Positions 49,953-63,945 of a stretch of DNA of 64,000 nucleotides are shown here, in pieces; the first letter of the stretch is position 1, and each line of letters begins with the position of its first letter. The notes beneath the pieces were generated by a model, which saw only the letters and a list, made by a program, of their open reading frames with translations, searched no databases and was not told the origin of the DNA. Made by a program: the position numbers and the translations under genes. Location of the stretch: contig OZ024740.1 in the NCBI GenBank assembly GCA_964016885.1, positions 385,702,001 to 385,766,000 of the forward strand, given 5' to 3'. Origin of the DNA: Eledone cirrhosa. Its lineage: Eukaryota.

Positions 49953-52599
49953 GTTTATGTTTTGCTTTATTACTGTCTAATAGTTACATTTTTCATAAAT
50001 AACTAGATACCATCTCTAAAGTATTATTTGGGTAAAACACCCTTTAATTATTTACTGGCAACCCAGAGCCAGTATAATTAGATTGTAAGCTAAGTAAATG
50101 AATAAATTTATAGATAAAATTGTGTAAAATAGTTTAAAACTATTTAAGGCCAAAGTTGTATTGTTGTATATATTCCATTATATCACAAGACAAGAAACTT
50201 AAGTGTACTTGCCTTGCAAAATGGCTTTATCTCTGTTTGAGATAATAGTTATTATTATGTATTATTATAAGAGAGTAGAAATGTGTTAGGAACGAAAGTT
50301 TTTCTAATTTATTTACTTTTATAAGTTAGTTAAAGGAGAGAGGACCATGTCTATTAATTCTACAGGCTCTCTCAAACTGGTCTGATTGCTGTGTTTGATA
50401 TTTAGCTTAAACAACAAAATGTTGGCAAGAAAAGAACTGGAGATCTGGTTCAAATGATTATTGCAGAGTGAACTCTGCAAAAGATTCCTAAATAGCAGGT
50501 GGTGATGCTATACCAGGCAGCATATTAGACGTATGTATGTACCCATAAGTCCTGATGGCGTCATGGAGGTGCCATTGTGACATACAACATATCTTGAGCA
50601 TTTTAAGCCTGGTGCAGCCCATCTCCTCCCCAGGTCTGAACAGAGCCAATTTCTTCCAGAGAAAGAGAGGAAGGGAGAAACAGATATAGAGGAAACATCA
50701 ACCTGAGTACTGAACTAGTACTTTTTTTTATTGACCTTGAACAAAATACTTTACAGTGTATAGAATGATCCTCTATGTAGCCAATCCAGAAATCACCAGG
50801 ATTACTTTTTCTTTTTGTCACTCATAGGATCAATAAAATTACATTTTTATAAATCTAGAGAGTTGAATCTCTGATCATCCTATCTTTTTTGTATATCTGT
50901 GACAATGCTGTCCAATCTTTCTTTACTTTTAAGACAGTGGGGTATTATTCTTATAGTTTTTATTTTTGATAATTGATGTGATGTAGTGATAATTCCTTGG
51001 TGAATGATTATATAGCTATAAGTAATTATTGATTTCCAATATTAACACAAAGCCTAACATTTTTAAGGGGGTATATTTGATTAAATTTTCTCAAGTACAG
51101 GATTGATACCTATTTTAAAGATCCTGAAGGAAGGAAAGCTAAAGTAAGCCCTGGTGGAATTTCAGGCAGTTTGGTATCAAAAGGGAAAAGGGTTAAACCC
51201 AAACACTTTTGATACCAAACCACCTGAAATTGCCCTGATTTTATGATACTAAACCTTGCCTTTTAAAGTGTTTATATAGATATCTTCTATCATGATTTTA
51301 TATTAAAATGTTTATGTTCCAAACACCAACTTAATAATATCAACATTAGTTATTTTACATAATCTCTTGAAATTTTTGGTTATTTTATAAATTATTTAAA
51401 ATGCATGAGAAGTGTCTTTCATTAAACATTTGGTAATGAAAGTGTTAAATCAGAAGTTAAAGGGATATAACCAAATACCATAAGACATTTTCATCAACCT
51501 AAATTACTAATTGACTTTTTAGTAAAAGCAAAAAGGTTTAGTAGACTGGATTGAAGTTCTTTGTGTAGATACTTAATTTTGTTTTGTCGCCATTTACCCA
51601 GCTTCAAAATGATTACTAAAACTTTCTGACAAAATTATTCACAGTACACTAATTTCCTGCAAGACTATCTGGTGGTTAGTAAAATAGATCAACTAACATG
51701 TGGTTTAGTATTTAGCAGTAGTTTGGGGCATCAAAGTGTAAAATATTTACTCTAATGATCTATACTGTAATTCTCAATGGAAAATTAATTTATAAGTCTT
51801 TTTGTAAGTGCATGAGAGAGAGGGTATTTCTAGTCATGTTTACACTCTTTCATAAGCTTACTTTACATTTTGGTTGATAATTACATTTTAATATCGATAG
51901 ATAAGCAACCGTCTAATACAAGAGGAGATTTCTTTCCATGATAGTCAGCCTTTCGTAAATTTTACTTCTTATCACATATTTTGTACAAAGGAGCAAGGGC
52001 AATATTAAACAGTAAAAACACATTGTAAGAGCTGATAGGCAAACACGTGTATAAAGAATTGATATGCAATCACATTTTATCTCCTATCTCCATGAGATTT
52101 GTATGGAAAATGCAAAAGCTTCTAATATAAATGTACACTGACTAGGAGGATGTAAATGTTCTGAAGTCAATGTGTATATGTGGAGTATGATTGTGTGTAT
52201 GTGTGAGTGTAAATATATACATGCCATGTGTTGAGTTGAAAGACATTGAACAATTTGTTTTTATTATGTAGTTTGTATTCAACAAAAACCCATGTAGTAA
52301 ATAACAAAAGCACAATGTTCACTGACTTTTAGACCAATCTATACATATATTTGCATGTACAGGTAGATATATGAGATAAGATCGATTGAGAGATTTGGTG
52401 AGAAAGAGTGGGAAAGATCTTTTATGTAATTGGATCTGTGGACATTCTAATAAAATACACTGCTTAAGAATGTCCTATGAGATTTTAAAGCACGTGTGTA
52501 TATGTGGTATTAAAAATAAACTAATGTATCTTTACTCATTTTTTTTTTATCAAGCTTCCCTTGCTTATGGATTTTTGTTTTTGTACTACATAAACTATA

Positions 52600-53330
52600 C
52601 AAAAAATTATCCAAAAGTACATTTAAAATCTTCTTACTCTCATGAATATGAAGAAGAAATTAAATATATAATACAAAACCTAAATAATAATAGATATGGA
52701 AACAAATTTATAGACGGTTATGAAACCTATCTAACAAAAAAAAAATATTTCTCTTTACTAACACAAACAAACCATAACATAGACATGAAGTCTACTATAA
52801 AAATCAAAGAATCTCTCAATTTTAAATGAAAGAGTTTTAAGGGAGATAGTCAAAAAAAAAACAAGAACTCACATTAGCACTGCTGTAAGGATAAATGAAA
52901 TCTCTTTATATACTATAAAAATTAAAAAGCAATGTGCACACATTCAAATGTTAATAAATATAATAACAAGAGCAGTAACACATAATCAACAATTCAAATA
53001 GCACAACTCATAAAACATTTAACCACATGTATAACTAACTCTCCCCTCACCAGCCGCCCACTCTTTATTTTGTATGCAGTTATTGCTCATCTTTCCACTG
53101 ACACCACAGTAGTGAATCCATGTGTTTTCTTTTTCAACCTCTTACTGCCAATCTCTCTTTCATACTATCGCCATCTCTTACTTCTACTCACCAACCTTTC
53201 TTCCTCTCTTTCATTCTCTGTTTTTCTTTGTCTTGCATTGTATCTTTTTCACTCTTTATATCTCTTACTTTTTCAGTTTCCCTAATCTGTTGATCTCTAT
53301 AATTTGTTTGCATTTCATTATTTTCTGTAA
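52600..53330 (+). pseudogene. Possible ancient PLE remnant (RT thumb region)
   Basis: EEEIKYIIQNLNNNRYGNKFID resembles the PLE E..I...L..NGY....I motif; followed by an A-rich then CT-rich stretch. Confidence 0.35.
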
Positions 53331-54597
53331 TTCAAATTAGACTTTCTGTGTGTGCAGTTGCAAATCATTTGTCTTTCCTTTGCTTTTCAATTGCATTTCA
53401 GTTTAAAATCACATTTTTTCAATTTCTCTTTAACTTAAATTTTCTTATAAATGATATTTCTATTACAAGGCCAGAAATTTAACAAAAGTTGATTATATTA
53501 ACCAGTATTTATTGACACACAGAAGGGCAAGAGGCCTCAATATTGTCAAACATGATGCACCACAGTGACAATATATTTGCTAATGTTGTCCCTTCCACTT
53601 AATTTCAGTGTCTATTGTCTATTAATGATATTTTCAAGAAGGGATACTGTAGCAATATCAACAGTAAAACTTTTAGTAGAGCTGTGAGAAGGTGCATAGT
53701 AGGTATGATAGTTGGATGCTGTTTTAAGCTGTTGACTTTCTTGAGAAAATAACACTTCCTCCTCATCATCATCATCATCATTATTTTATGTCTGTTTCAT
53801 ATGCTAGCATGGGTTGGACAGGTCATCATGTTCAGAGACTAGACAGATCATAGAAACATGTCTCGTACATATCTTCCATATTTTGCCATAGTTTCTATGG
53901 CTGGATGTCCTTCCTAGTGCCCACTACTTTACCATGGTATATTTTTAAAACTATGGAAGGACAAAATGGCATATCAAATTAGCTTGCCATTACAAAGACA
54001 CATCATTTATTCAAGATTGAAAACACCCACTTGTCAGAAAAGCCCATTGCTTACTTAATGTTCAGTATAAACTTTACATAAGCTGACAAAAAAGAGTGTT
54101 GAGATGTACTAAACAACTTTTAAGCAATACAGTTGTATTGTCTGAAGTTAAAAAAAAAGCAAAAACAAAAAGATAAATAAATTTATAGAAACTTTGAAAT
54201 AGTATAGCTTGATTACAGAAACATAATTGACTCTATACCACACCTTGCTACCCAAGTTACTGTCTCATTGAAAGGTTCACAAAAACTTTATCTGACCCAC
54301 TTTTGTAACTAGTAACTCAGTGATTGTTATCTGATGCTATACAATATTGAAAAAAAATATTCCCAGGAGACAGCCTTGTTATGCTTCTCTTTGCTTTGAC
54401 ATTAAAATTCATAATCATTTCATTTAGAAAAATCCAATGGCTATATGTTAGGATCAACAAAAGTAATAAATACTAGATATCCTTACTCTCCCTAAACATT
54501 AGATGATTCCAATGTCTGATTGACCCTTAAATCATAGCATTACCAATTTAAAACACTTGTGAGCAAACTGGATTTGACTGACATGCATTAAGCCCTC

Positions 54598-54632
<35 letters not shown>

Positions 54633-54960
54633 ACGTTCGCTTTTCCCTGCTTGCAAGGGTGGAACGGGTCCTATTCAGCACAGCATCTCTCCACTTGTCA
54701 CGGTCCTTCGTCATCTCCTCTGTGAGTTTCAGCGATCTGAGGTCTGCTCTCACCACCTCCGCCCTTTTTTCTCATGGTCTACCTCTATTGCGTCTTCCTT
54801 TTACTGGGATTTCTTGGCACATCTTTACCCAGCAGTCATCCTCCATGCACATCCTCATGTCCATACCATCTCAGTCTTCTCTCCTGCACACCACAACTTA
54901 TCCCTCTAATACCCAGTTTCTTTCTCAACTCATCTATGCTTGGTCATTCACGCACATTGA
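54598..54960 (-). mobile_element. RTE-clade LINE extreme 3' end with (GAT)n tail
   Basis: VRADLRSLKLTEEMTKDRDKWRDAV followed by CCCTTGCAAGCAGGGAAAAGCG and (GAT)n. Confidence 0.85.
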
Positions 54961-55031
54961 CATATATATATATATATATATGTATGCTAGCGTGGAAGAT
55001 GGACGTTTAACGATGATGTTGATATATATAT

Positions 55032-55070
<39 letters not shown>

Positions 55071-55071
55071 T

Positions 55072-55366
55072 ACTCTTTTACCTGTTCCAGCTGGGCTATG
55101 CTGGGGCACTGCCCTTGTTGCTACTCATTTTATCTCCAGCCTGTATTGGTTGGCCACTGGTGCAAGAGGGAGTTTGTTGCTGCTGCCCTTAGGTTTCTCT
55201 CGTGCCTTGCTGTGGGCTCATCCAGGATCCTGGATAGCAAGGTGTTGAGATGTTTCTTGAAAACATCCATGTCCACACCATGCAGATCACTCAGCCTGTT
55301 GAAGAGTTGAGGGCCCTTGAACCCCAGGCTATTACAATATCTGCTCCTTATTCTAGATGGCACCAC
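55072..55366 (-). mobile_element. CR1/L2-group LINE 3' end
   Basis: SLGFKGPQLFN.L...FKKHLNTLLS.I.DEPT...RAAATNSLLHQ, then tail GGCAGTGCCCCAGCAT...CAGGTAAAAGAG (also seen at 59021-59075). Confidence 0.75.
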
Positions 55367-57545
55367 ACAGTGATACTATGGCCTCGGAACACCCCCCCTC
55401 CCATGCTAATATGATCATCTAGAAGCTATCAACCACTTCTATAGAACCTACCTGCATTTGAAAAATGTGTCTATCAATGCGACTTCTACTGTCAAATTTC
55501 CCTGTACATCTACTGCATACGTATTTTTCCCTACCTGTTAGTTTGCCTGCTATCACACTACATCTCTTGTGTACCCAAGATATGCATTGTGTACATTTTA
55601 TAGAATTTATGCCATCTTGAAAAACTACTTTTCCATGCTCAAACTTCTGTATACATTCCACAACATATCATGTTTCAGCCAGAAGCCTTGCCTCACAGAA
55701 CTGGTGTGGAAGAAATAATAAACACTACTATAACCAATTTATGCCAGCATGAAAGGTGGATGTAAAATAATGATGATGATGACAAATTATTTCTTTGGTG
55801 TCAATCTTAGGCTCCACACTAGAAATATATACAATGATGAGAAACAGCTGGAGTTATTAATATTTTTCAGCTGATATGGCAATGAAATGTGGACAAAAAG
55901 AAATAATAATTGAACACAGAAAAACTGCTTCTTAAATCACAAGTCTTTATAAGAGTGGTCTTGCAAACTTTTCTGTTCTTCACAATGAGTATTTCAATTA
56001 TACTTTTACTGGTCTTAGTCATAAAACTGCAGTCATTTTGGGGTATAGTCAATAAGAGTTTTAATCAATTATATCTTCCTCAGTACTTTTTCTCATATTT
56101 ATTTTATGGAACTTGTATGAAACTAAAGGCATGTCATCGATGATGTAAAGAGGCAAAACTTATTTTTTGAAAGTTTCTTTTTCTTTTTATTTCTCTTATG
56201 GATATAAAAGTAAATTAAGTTAAATATACGTAGAAAATTTTTATACTAAATTTATTAAACATATCATTATTTAAAAATTAAAATTTGAAATATTCTATAA
56301 TATTTTTTAAATTATTATATTGTTTTAAAGTTATATTGCTTATAATTATATTTCCAAATCGTAATATAATTCTTTTGTATTTTATGTACTTCAATTATAT
56401 TATGTACTATATTTATATATTATTCTCTCTATATATGTGCGTATCATCATCATCATCATCATTTCATTTTACGTCCACTTTTCCCTGCTTGCAAGGGTGG
56501 GACGGGAACTGTATGTGTATGTATATGTGTGTATTGATATACATATACATATGTTTTATGCGTGTATGTCTATTTGTATGTATATGTGTATGTGATGCAT
56601 ATCTACATATTCGTGTGGGTACATGTGTATATATATATATGTATATGTCTGAATTGTGTATGTATATATACGCATACAATTTGATTGCACTTATTTATAG
56701 AGATTATCCCAAGGTTCGTGACAAATAAACATATAATAACAGTCATAACTACATAACAGGTTAATCTTATAAAACTTATTTAAAATTTTGTATAATAACA
56801 TAAAGTGTGTATAGCAAAAAAAATTTCCTTTAATATCTTAACAATTGTAACATTTCTATAACTAAGTAAAGTAATTTTCATTCACGCTGCTTTGATATTA
56901 CATTAAAAAGACTTTCTCTGATTTTATAAGTTTTCCTATATCTTAAATTAAAAAAATCCTTTATATTTTGTATGTATATATTATATACGTAGTTAGATAT
57001 ATATATATATTTATACGTGTGTATATATATTTATATTTTTGCATATGTATGTGTTATATTCTTCTTATAATATATAGTCTTAATAATAATATATAGATTT
57101 CTTAATATATAGATCTCAATTTTTAATGTATTGATCTCAATATTATAACTGATTAACTTAACATTTAATCATATTTAAACAATGGTTAAATTTCTCATAT
57201 TATATATGTATATTCCATTCATGATTATTAACATTTCTAATTTTATTTATTCATTTCATCTCAAATGTTAAGATAAATCAACAAGATATGACTTGGAGTT
57301 TTCACTCTCTCTCTCCTTTCCCTTTCTCCTCTCTCTCTCTCTCTTTTTCTTTTTTCTATTTCTATTTCCTCTCTGTTATTCTGCTCTCTCTCTTTCTCCG
57401 TAACCCAACGGCTTATTTAAAAATATCCAATACTAACTTACCTAATACTATAAGTATAAATATAACTCCACTATCCGCTTCCAACAGTAATGGTTGCATT
57501 CTTTAAGGGTATGTCAATATTTATTTATAAAACTGCTCTATATTA

Positions 57546-57610
57546 TATTTTATCTGATGAAAGCACACCATAATTTAACTTGGTGTCCTTGAAATATGTA
57601 TAATGAAATA
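57546..57610 (+). ncRNA. Minimal type I hammerhead ribozyme, intact core
   Basis: UAUUUUAU-CUGAUGA-AAGCACACCA(loop)UGGUGUCCUU-GAAA-U-AUGU-A-UA|AUGAAAUA; 8 bp helix I (one G-U), 9 of 10 paired helix II, minimal helix III, AUA triplet. Confidence 0.78.
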
Positions 57611-57779
57611 AATATGGTTTTATAAATATAGTTTCCATTTGCCAATATCGTATTTTTACTCCAATTATTTGTTGAGTGCTTTATATCAGTTATAAAAATA
57701 TTTGCTTGTTGTACCCCAACAATTTAAATAGAACTTTTGCATATATATATTATATATTTTTATATACTTTTGCATATAT

Positions 57780-58127
57780 CATCATCATCATCATCATCAT
57801 TTCATTTTACGTCCGCTTTTCCCTGCTTGCAAGGGTGGGACGGGAACTGATTCTGGCTTGATTTCTACAGCTGGATGCCCTTCCTAACACCAACCTCATT
57901 TACAGTGAGTGCTGGGTGCTTTTTTGCCGTGGCACCTGCACGACCACTTTGCAGTGGAATGATATGGACCCCAGTCCCTATCATCTCATTTCTACAGCTG
58001 AGTAAACTGGAGCAATGTGAAATAAAGTGTCTTGCTCAAGGAAACAACACATCACCCAGACTGAGAATTGAACTCACAACCTATCGATTGCAAGGCCAAT
58101 GCTCTAACCACTAAGCCATATGCCTCC
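57780..58127 (-). mobile_element. SINE family B copy
   Basis: As above, with (GAT)n tail. Confidence 0.88.
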
Positions 58128-58163
58128 ATTATAGATATATATAATTATATATATATATATATA

Positions 58164-58550
58164 AGGCACATGGCTTAGTGCTTAGAGCATTAGGATTGCA
58201 ATCGAAAGGTTGTGAGTTCAATTCTTGGACCGGGGATGTGTTGTTTCCTTTAGCAAGACACTTTATTTCACATTGCTCCAGTTTACTCAGTTGTAGAAAT
58301 GAGATGATAGGGACTGGGGTCCGTCATTCCACTGCAAAGTTGTCGTGTAGGCACCACGGGAAAAAAGCACCCAGCACATGAGGTTGGTGTTAGGATGGGC
58401 ATCCAGCTGTAGAAATCGAGCCAGAATCAATTCCCGTATGAGCAAGACAAGGTCAGCCGACCGGAGACTGCCCACCACAGGACAACCCGTCTAACCCATG
58501 CTAGCGTCGAAAAACAGACGTAAAACAGTGATGATGATGATGATGATGAT
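58164..58550 (+). mobile_element. SINE family B copy, head-to-head with the previous one
   Basis: A/B boxes, same core, (GAT)n tail at 58529-58550. Confidence 0.88.
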
Positions 58551-60042
58551 AATATTTATTTATGTAATTAACATAAATAGTTAATGTCTTATACCGTACT
58601 GGCCACTTAACATGTTTAAATATGATTACTTCTCATAATACAATTTTTATTTTCCACTCTAAGGAATATTTTTACTCATTTATTATTCCTGATGAGCTTG
58701 ATGAAAATTAATTAATTAATCGAAATTATTGATTATATTTTTTCATTAATGAAGAGAGTTATAACCACTGACCTTCCCTCCATTTATTCATTAAAAAGTG
58801 TTATAGGCACTGTCATTCTCTTCTTCCAGACCCCTAAAAGGGGTTAAAGGCACTGTTCTTCCCTCCTTGAAAGAAAAAAAAAAACACTTGTTGGTTAGAA
58901 ACAAACATACGTTATATACATAAAATAGCCTTTTTCAATAACAAAGTTTTTTTACTTTAGGTGTAGGTTTGTACTTTAGAGGTTGAATGTAAAATCTCTA
59001 CTCTTAGTCAATTTTTTTAATGGCAGTGCCCCAACATTTACGCAGCCCATGGGCTGAAACAGGTAAAGGAGTAAAATGCAGCTGGTTTGTGATACACTTA
59101 ATATTCCACCTTACACCTTATGATGGCACATGAGTTGCATATATTGGTTTATTTTATTATCATATGCACCACAGGTATCTCCTAGGTGTTCTTTCAGAGT
59201 AATAGCTGCTGTAAACAAGCAGATATTGATTCCATGTATCTATGTGTGTATGTATGTGTGTACATTTATATATATATATGTGTGTGTGAGTGGGCATCTG
59301 AAATTATGTATAGGGCACCAGCATACACATGCAGTCATTAAAATAACAGCAAGATTGATGGTGATGATGACATTCAAATATTCTAAGAGAAAAAAAAAGC
59401 ATTTAATCATAAAGGGAGAAATAGCCTAGAAAGGAACAAAATAAATACCATTTCTATATCCACACTTAATTTCATATCACATCCATTTTCCAAAAATGTA
59501 TAGAGTGGGATGTATTTACATGCATGGTAGTTTCACAATTCTATCATTGAGGGGAAGAGTTTTTATTTAATGTACTATTAGCATTTAAAACTGAAGCAAT
59601 GTATTTTCCAATTTATACTTCTTTCATAGGGGTATGCTAAATGTGTGGCTGTATGTGTGTGTTTGTATGTATATATACACTTTATATATAATGTTTGTGC
59701 TTCAACATAGCCAAGACCACTGTTCATTAATATTCATTAGAATGGTTTGCATAAACATTTATATATATATATATGTCTATATATGTATATACATATATAT
59801 GTGTGTGTGTGTGTTGGTCCTATTCCTATTTTTATATACAGGCATATACACAAGTGTGTATGTATACACACATATACACACATATATATATATATATGTA
59901 TACATACATACATACACACACACATACAAATACACTCATTTCGTATATATTTTTCATTGTTTTGAGATTTGCTTTTATTTTCATTTTATTTTATTTATTT
60001 ATTTATCATATTTTTTCTTATTCCAGTCCTCAAATAAACTTT

Positions 60043-60123
<81 letters not shown>

Positions 60124-60157
60124 GTATGTATAAATTTCCTCATATCTCGATGTCCAA

Positions 60158-60192
<35 letters not shown>

Positions 60193-60194
60193 AG

Positions 60195-60325
60195 TCATTA
60201 TAGAATTTTTCCCAATGGGACTCTGAAAATTAACAATGTTAACTCCAAGGACTCTGGGAAATACCAGTGTTTCGCTCAAAATGCTGCCGGGGCTACCTAT
60301 CAGTCATTTCACCTTGTTGTAAACA
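60195..60325 (+). CDS. sdk: Sidekick-like protein exon, C-half of Ig domain 4
   Basis: Poly-T + CAG acceptor (60193-60194), donor GTAAGT at 60326, phase 2/1; [43 protein letters not shown]. Confidence 0.9.
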
Positions 60326-62984
60326 GTAAGTGCTGCTTTACCGAATTTTCATTTTGTAGCTTTTTTGTTGTTTGGTGATAGAATTCCTCTGCAGTTTGAT
60401 AATAATATATTTACATAATTTCCATATTTACATATTCCCATATTTACAAATTTTTAACATCACTTTTCATAATCTGCTGATTATTGTATTTACTGTTATT
60501 GTTTCTTGTTTGTATGTCTATGTATGTGTCTGTGTATATATACATACACATGTATACACACACACATATATATATATATGTTTGTGTGTGTGTATATATA
60601 TATATATATATACATATATATATGTATGTATATGTGCTTATATATGAGTGTGTGCATACATGTGTGTGTATCTATGTGTATTATGACCTTTATCCTTTTA
60701 CGTCTGCTTTTTTATACTTGCATGGGTTGGAAAGGTCAAGGACTAGGCCAGTTCATATTCAAATTTATTACCTTGCTAAACCTATCAGAAACCTCATCTC
60801 ACCTTTATGTTCTATCTTTGGATATGGTTTCTACAGTATGTTGCCCTTGCCATCTACAGTTTTACAGAATGTATCATGACACCAATACTTGAGAAGTTCT
60901 CTTGTCTCTTGTAAGACTCATGAGTCTTCTATGTGGTCCCCATTTATTCTAGATAAATGTATCTGAGCAAATGAATAAAAGAGAGAGTGGTGACAAGAGT
61001 GTAAAGGGGAGGAAAGGGTATAAATGTGATTTGGGTGATTGATGTAAGGGCATGGTAGGAGTACCAAGAGAAGAGAGAATGTCATAGCTACATACTGATT
61101 GCATGTAGGGAGATTGGATAGAAAAACAGCACAAGCAGCATGACAGGATAGATAGCAACAAACATATACCATTGTGTTGGAGAGAGAGAGAGAGAAAATA
61201 GGTGGATTGCAATAGAGATAGATAATAGTGAGTGAGTGGTAAATGGCAAAGAAGAATGACATGGGGAGAGAGAGTGAATACTAGAAATTAAAAGTGAAAG
61301 ATCTGATTCTGTCTCTCATGTTGCAGCTGCTGTTTTGGGAGTATGATGGAGTTGTTATAGAGTGATGGTGAAAATGCAGTAAAGTGACAAAGGCTGATGA
61401 TTGAGGGCTTGAATATCAAATTCTGTCCCTTGTTACACAAGTGGCATGATACAGTGAATAGGAAAGAAAGGGTGAGTAGGAGATGAAAAGGTTTTGAAAA
61501 AGACAAACTAATTGGAGAATATATGTAAAAGCACCCAGTCCACACTGTAAAGTGGTCATGCTGGTGACATGACAAAAAGCACCCAATATTCACTGTAAAT
61601 GAACTGGTGTTAGGAAGGGCATTCAGCTGTAGAAACCAAGCCAGAAACAGTGCTGTATGTGCAAGACATGGTCACCTGACCTAACATTGCCCGCAATAGA
61701 ACAACCCGTATAACCCAGTGTAAACATATTAAACATATTTTATGTCCTAAACTCCATCACCACCACCATTATTTTAATGACCATTTTTCCCTGTTTGCAC
61801 TGATGGGTAGGTTCAATCTTTTGAGATTAGAGTTCACTAGTGTCCCATGTCTTCTTAAGTTTCTGACTTCTATTGGTTCCATCTACTAACATTGCTCAGC
61901 ACTTATACAAATGATCTCCATACACAGTATAGTTATCTTTCAGTTAACTTGTGTTTCTTTTGTTCATGTACACTAACATTACACCTCCTCCCAGTCAATC
62001 AATGTAATAGATTTATCTCCGATATTCATTCTAGGACGTTGATGATATATAAACTCACAGATATAGAAACTTGTAATATTTAACAACTGCATTGCTCCTT
62101 CCTTTATGTAGGAGATATATTGTGCCCTCTTTTCAACTTGGGAGGGAGAGCTTACCTCTTTTAAGGAGATTTTACAATGTTAACTGAAATTGTTTGGTTA
62201 CGATCATTTAGTCTTATTTTTAGGATAATTATTGGAAAACTACCATGGCATGCTGCTGGGCTCATTTCATCTATAACATCAGGTTTTGTTATGTGATTCA
62301 TGGCTGTTACTGCTCATTGTAAAGTTGCGATGTTGCAGAACTCTGTTGGCTCACATATTTTTCATGTGAACCAGTAGAACAGTGAAAATGTTATTGAATT
62401 GTTTGTTGTATATTTCACTTATCATGTGAGGATTTGTAGTAAGTGATTCATGCTTCTCAAAAAATGTATGTAGCAGTCGTTTCTTTTGTGGATGTGTATA
62501 GAATGTTAGTGTTGGTTTTCAAGTTATCTTTCACTGCTCTCCCATTTTCACAGGAGTACCTCATGCTATTCTCTGTGCCTATAAAGGACTCTTAACTAAT
62601 TCCTTTCTTTTTCAGTTATTTAATCATTATTTAACTGACATGAAAGCTAATGATAAAATAACAGCGCTTTATCTCATTTTATATTTGGTAATGATATTTT
62701 TAGTGAATATCAGCTTTCTTCATTGGAAATAGTTTGATGCATCATTCACATAAATAACTTAAGTTTTATGACATCATCTTACATAAGAAAGGGTTAAGTT
62801 CAGTTTAAGTTATAGCTTTCTTTTATTAATTAATTTTCATTGAATCTTAAGGAAATTTAGAATGTTCAGGGCAGGAATTTTTTTTTTTTGTGCTGAATTG
62901 CAAGTCCCATTGGACTTTACTCAGAGAGTTGCCCAAACTTATGTGATAGCTTCTGTGACCCAATTACCAGTGAGGAAGGCATTC

Positions 62985-63500
62985 TAAAAGAATAGTCACC
63001 AGAGTAAAAATGGCGTGGTAAATGTTTAGAGAGTTAGCCATGCTGGTAATAAGGGAATTCTCTTTCTGGGTGAAGTTCAGAGTGTATGATACTTGTTTGT
63101 GAGATGATGCATTATAGTGAAAGTTGAGGATTGAATGTGAATCATATATAAATACTCGAAAGAAATAGAGCTAGAATTCTCCATTGAATGTGTTGTATCA
63201 GTGTGCATAAACAACAGAGCACAAATGAGCTTAGAGAAAACCTGGGTACGAGAGAAATCAGATGCAGTGTGCTACAGGGCAGAGATCACTGGTATACACA
63301 CATAATGTATATGAAGAATGACACTTTTGTAAAGAAGTGCCAAGGAGAAGTCAACAGTGGAAGGCAAAGACAAAGGAAGAAGTGACAGATGCTTATCTGA
63401 AAAAGTCGAACTTCATGAAGGGGATGACAAATGACTGCAACAAGTTTCAAAATCATGTGCTGGTAGAAAAGAAATGCCTATCCCATGCAAGTGTGGAAAA
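62985..63500 (+). mobile_element. Degenerate RTE LINE 3' fragment
   Basis: STNELRENLG.R.IRCSV...HWY.H..VKKC...GRQRK; further small RTE pieces at 9640-9800, 55419-55620 and 1045-1240. Confidence 0.7.
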
Positions 63501-63559
63501 ATAATCCAGTACACAAATATGTAAATGTATATATACATATATACTCACACTATATATAT

Positions 63560-63945
63560 ATATATCATCATTTAAAATTCATTTTCCACACTACCATAGG
63601 TAGGACAGGCTGTCCTGTAGTGAGAGATCCAGGTCAGAAGACTGTGATTTGTTCACACAGAACTGATTTGGGCATGGTTTCAACAGCTGGATGCCCTTAC
63701 TAATGCCAACCACCTTTACACTATATGGTGTGTGCTTTTTGTTGTAATACTTTTACGACCACTTTACAGTGTGGGCTGGGTGCTTTTTATCGTGACTCTT
63801 ACATGACTGCTTTACAGCGTGGGCTGGGTGCTTTTTGTCGTGACACCTACATCGACACTTTACAATGTAGACTGGGTGCTTTTTGTCGAGACACATATTT
63901 GACTACTTTACAGTGTGGACTGAGCACTTTTTGTCATGGCTCCAG
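63560..63945 (-). mobile_element. SINE with about five 48 bp internal tandem units
   Basis: ACTTTACAGTGTGGGCTGGGTGCTTTTTGTCGTGACACCTAC-like unit with 48 bp period, 63713-63940. Confidence 0.8.

Noticed and set aside
58164-58235. tRNA genes at SINE heads
   Set aside because: A/B boxes run straight into SINE bodies and lack a complete acceptor stem.
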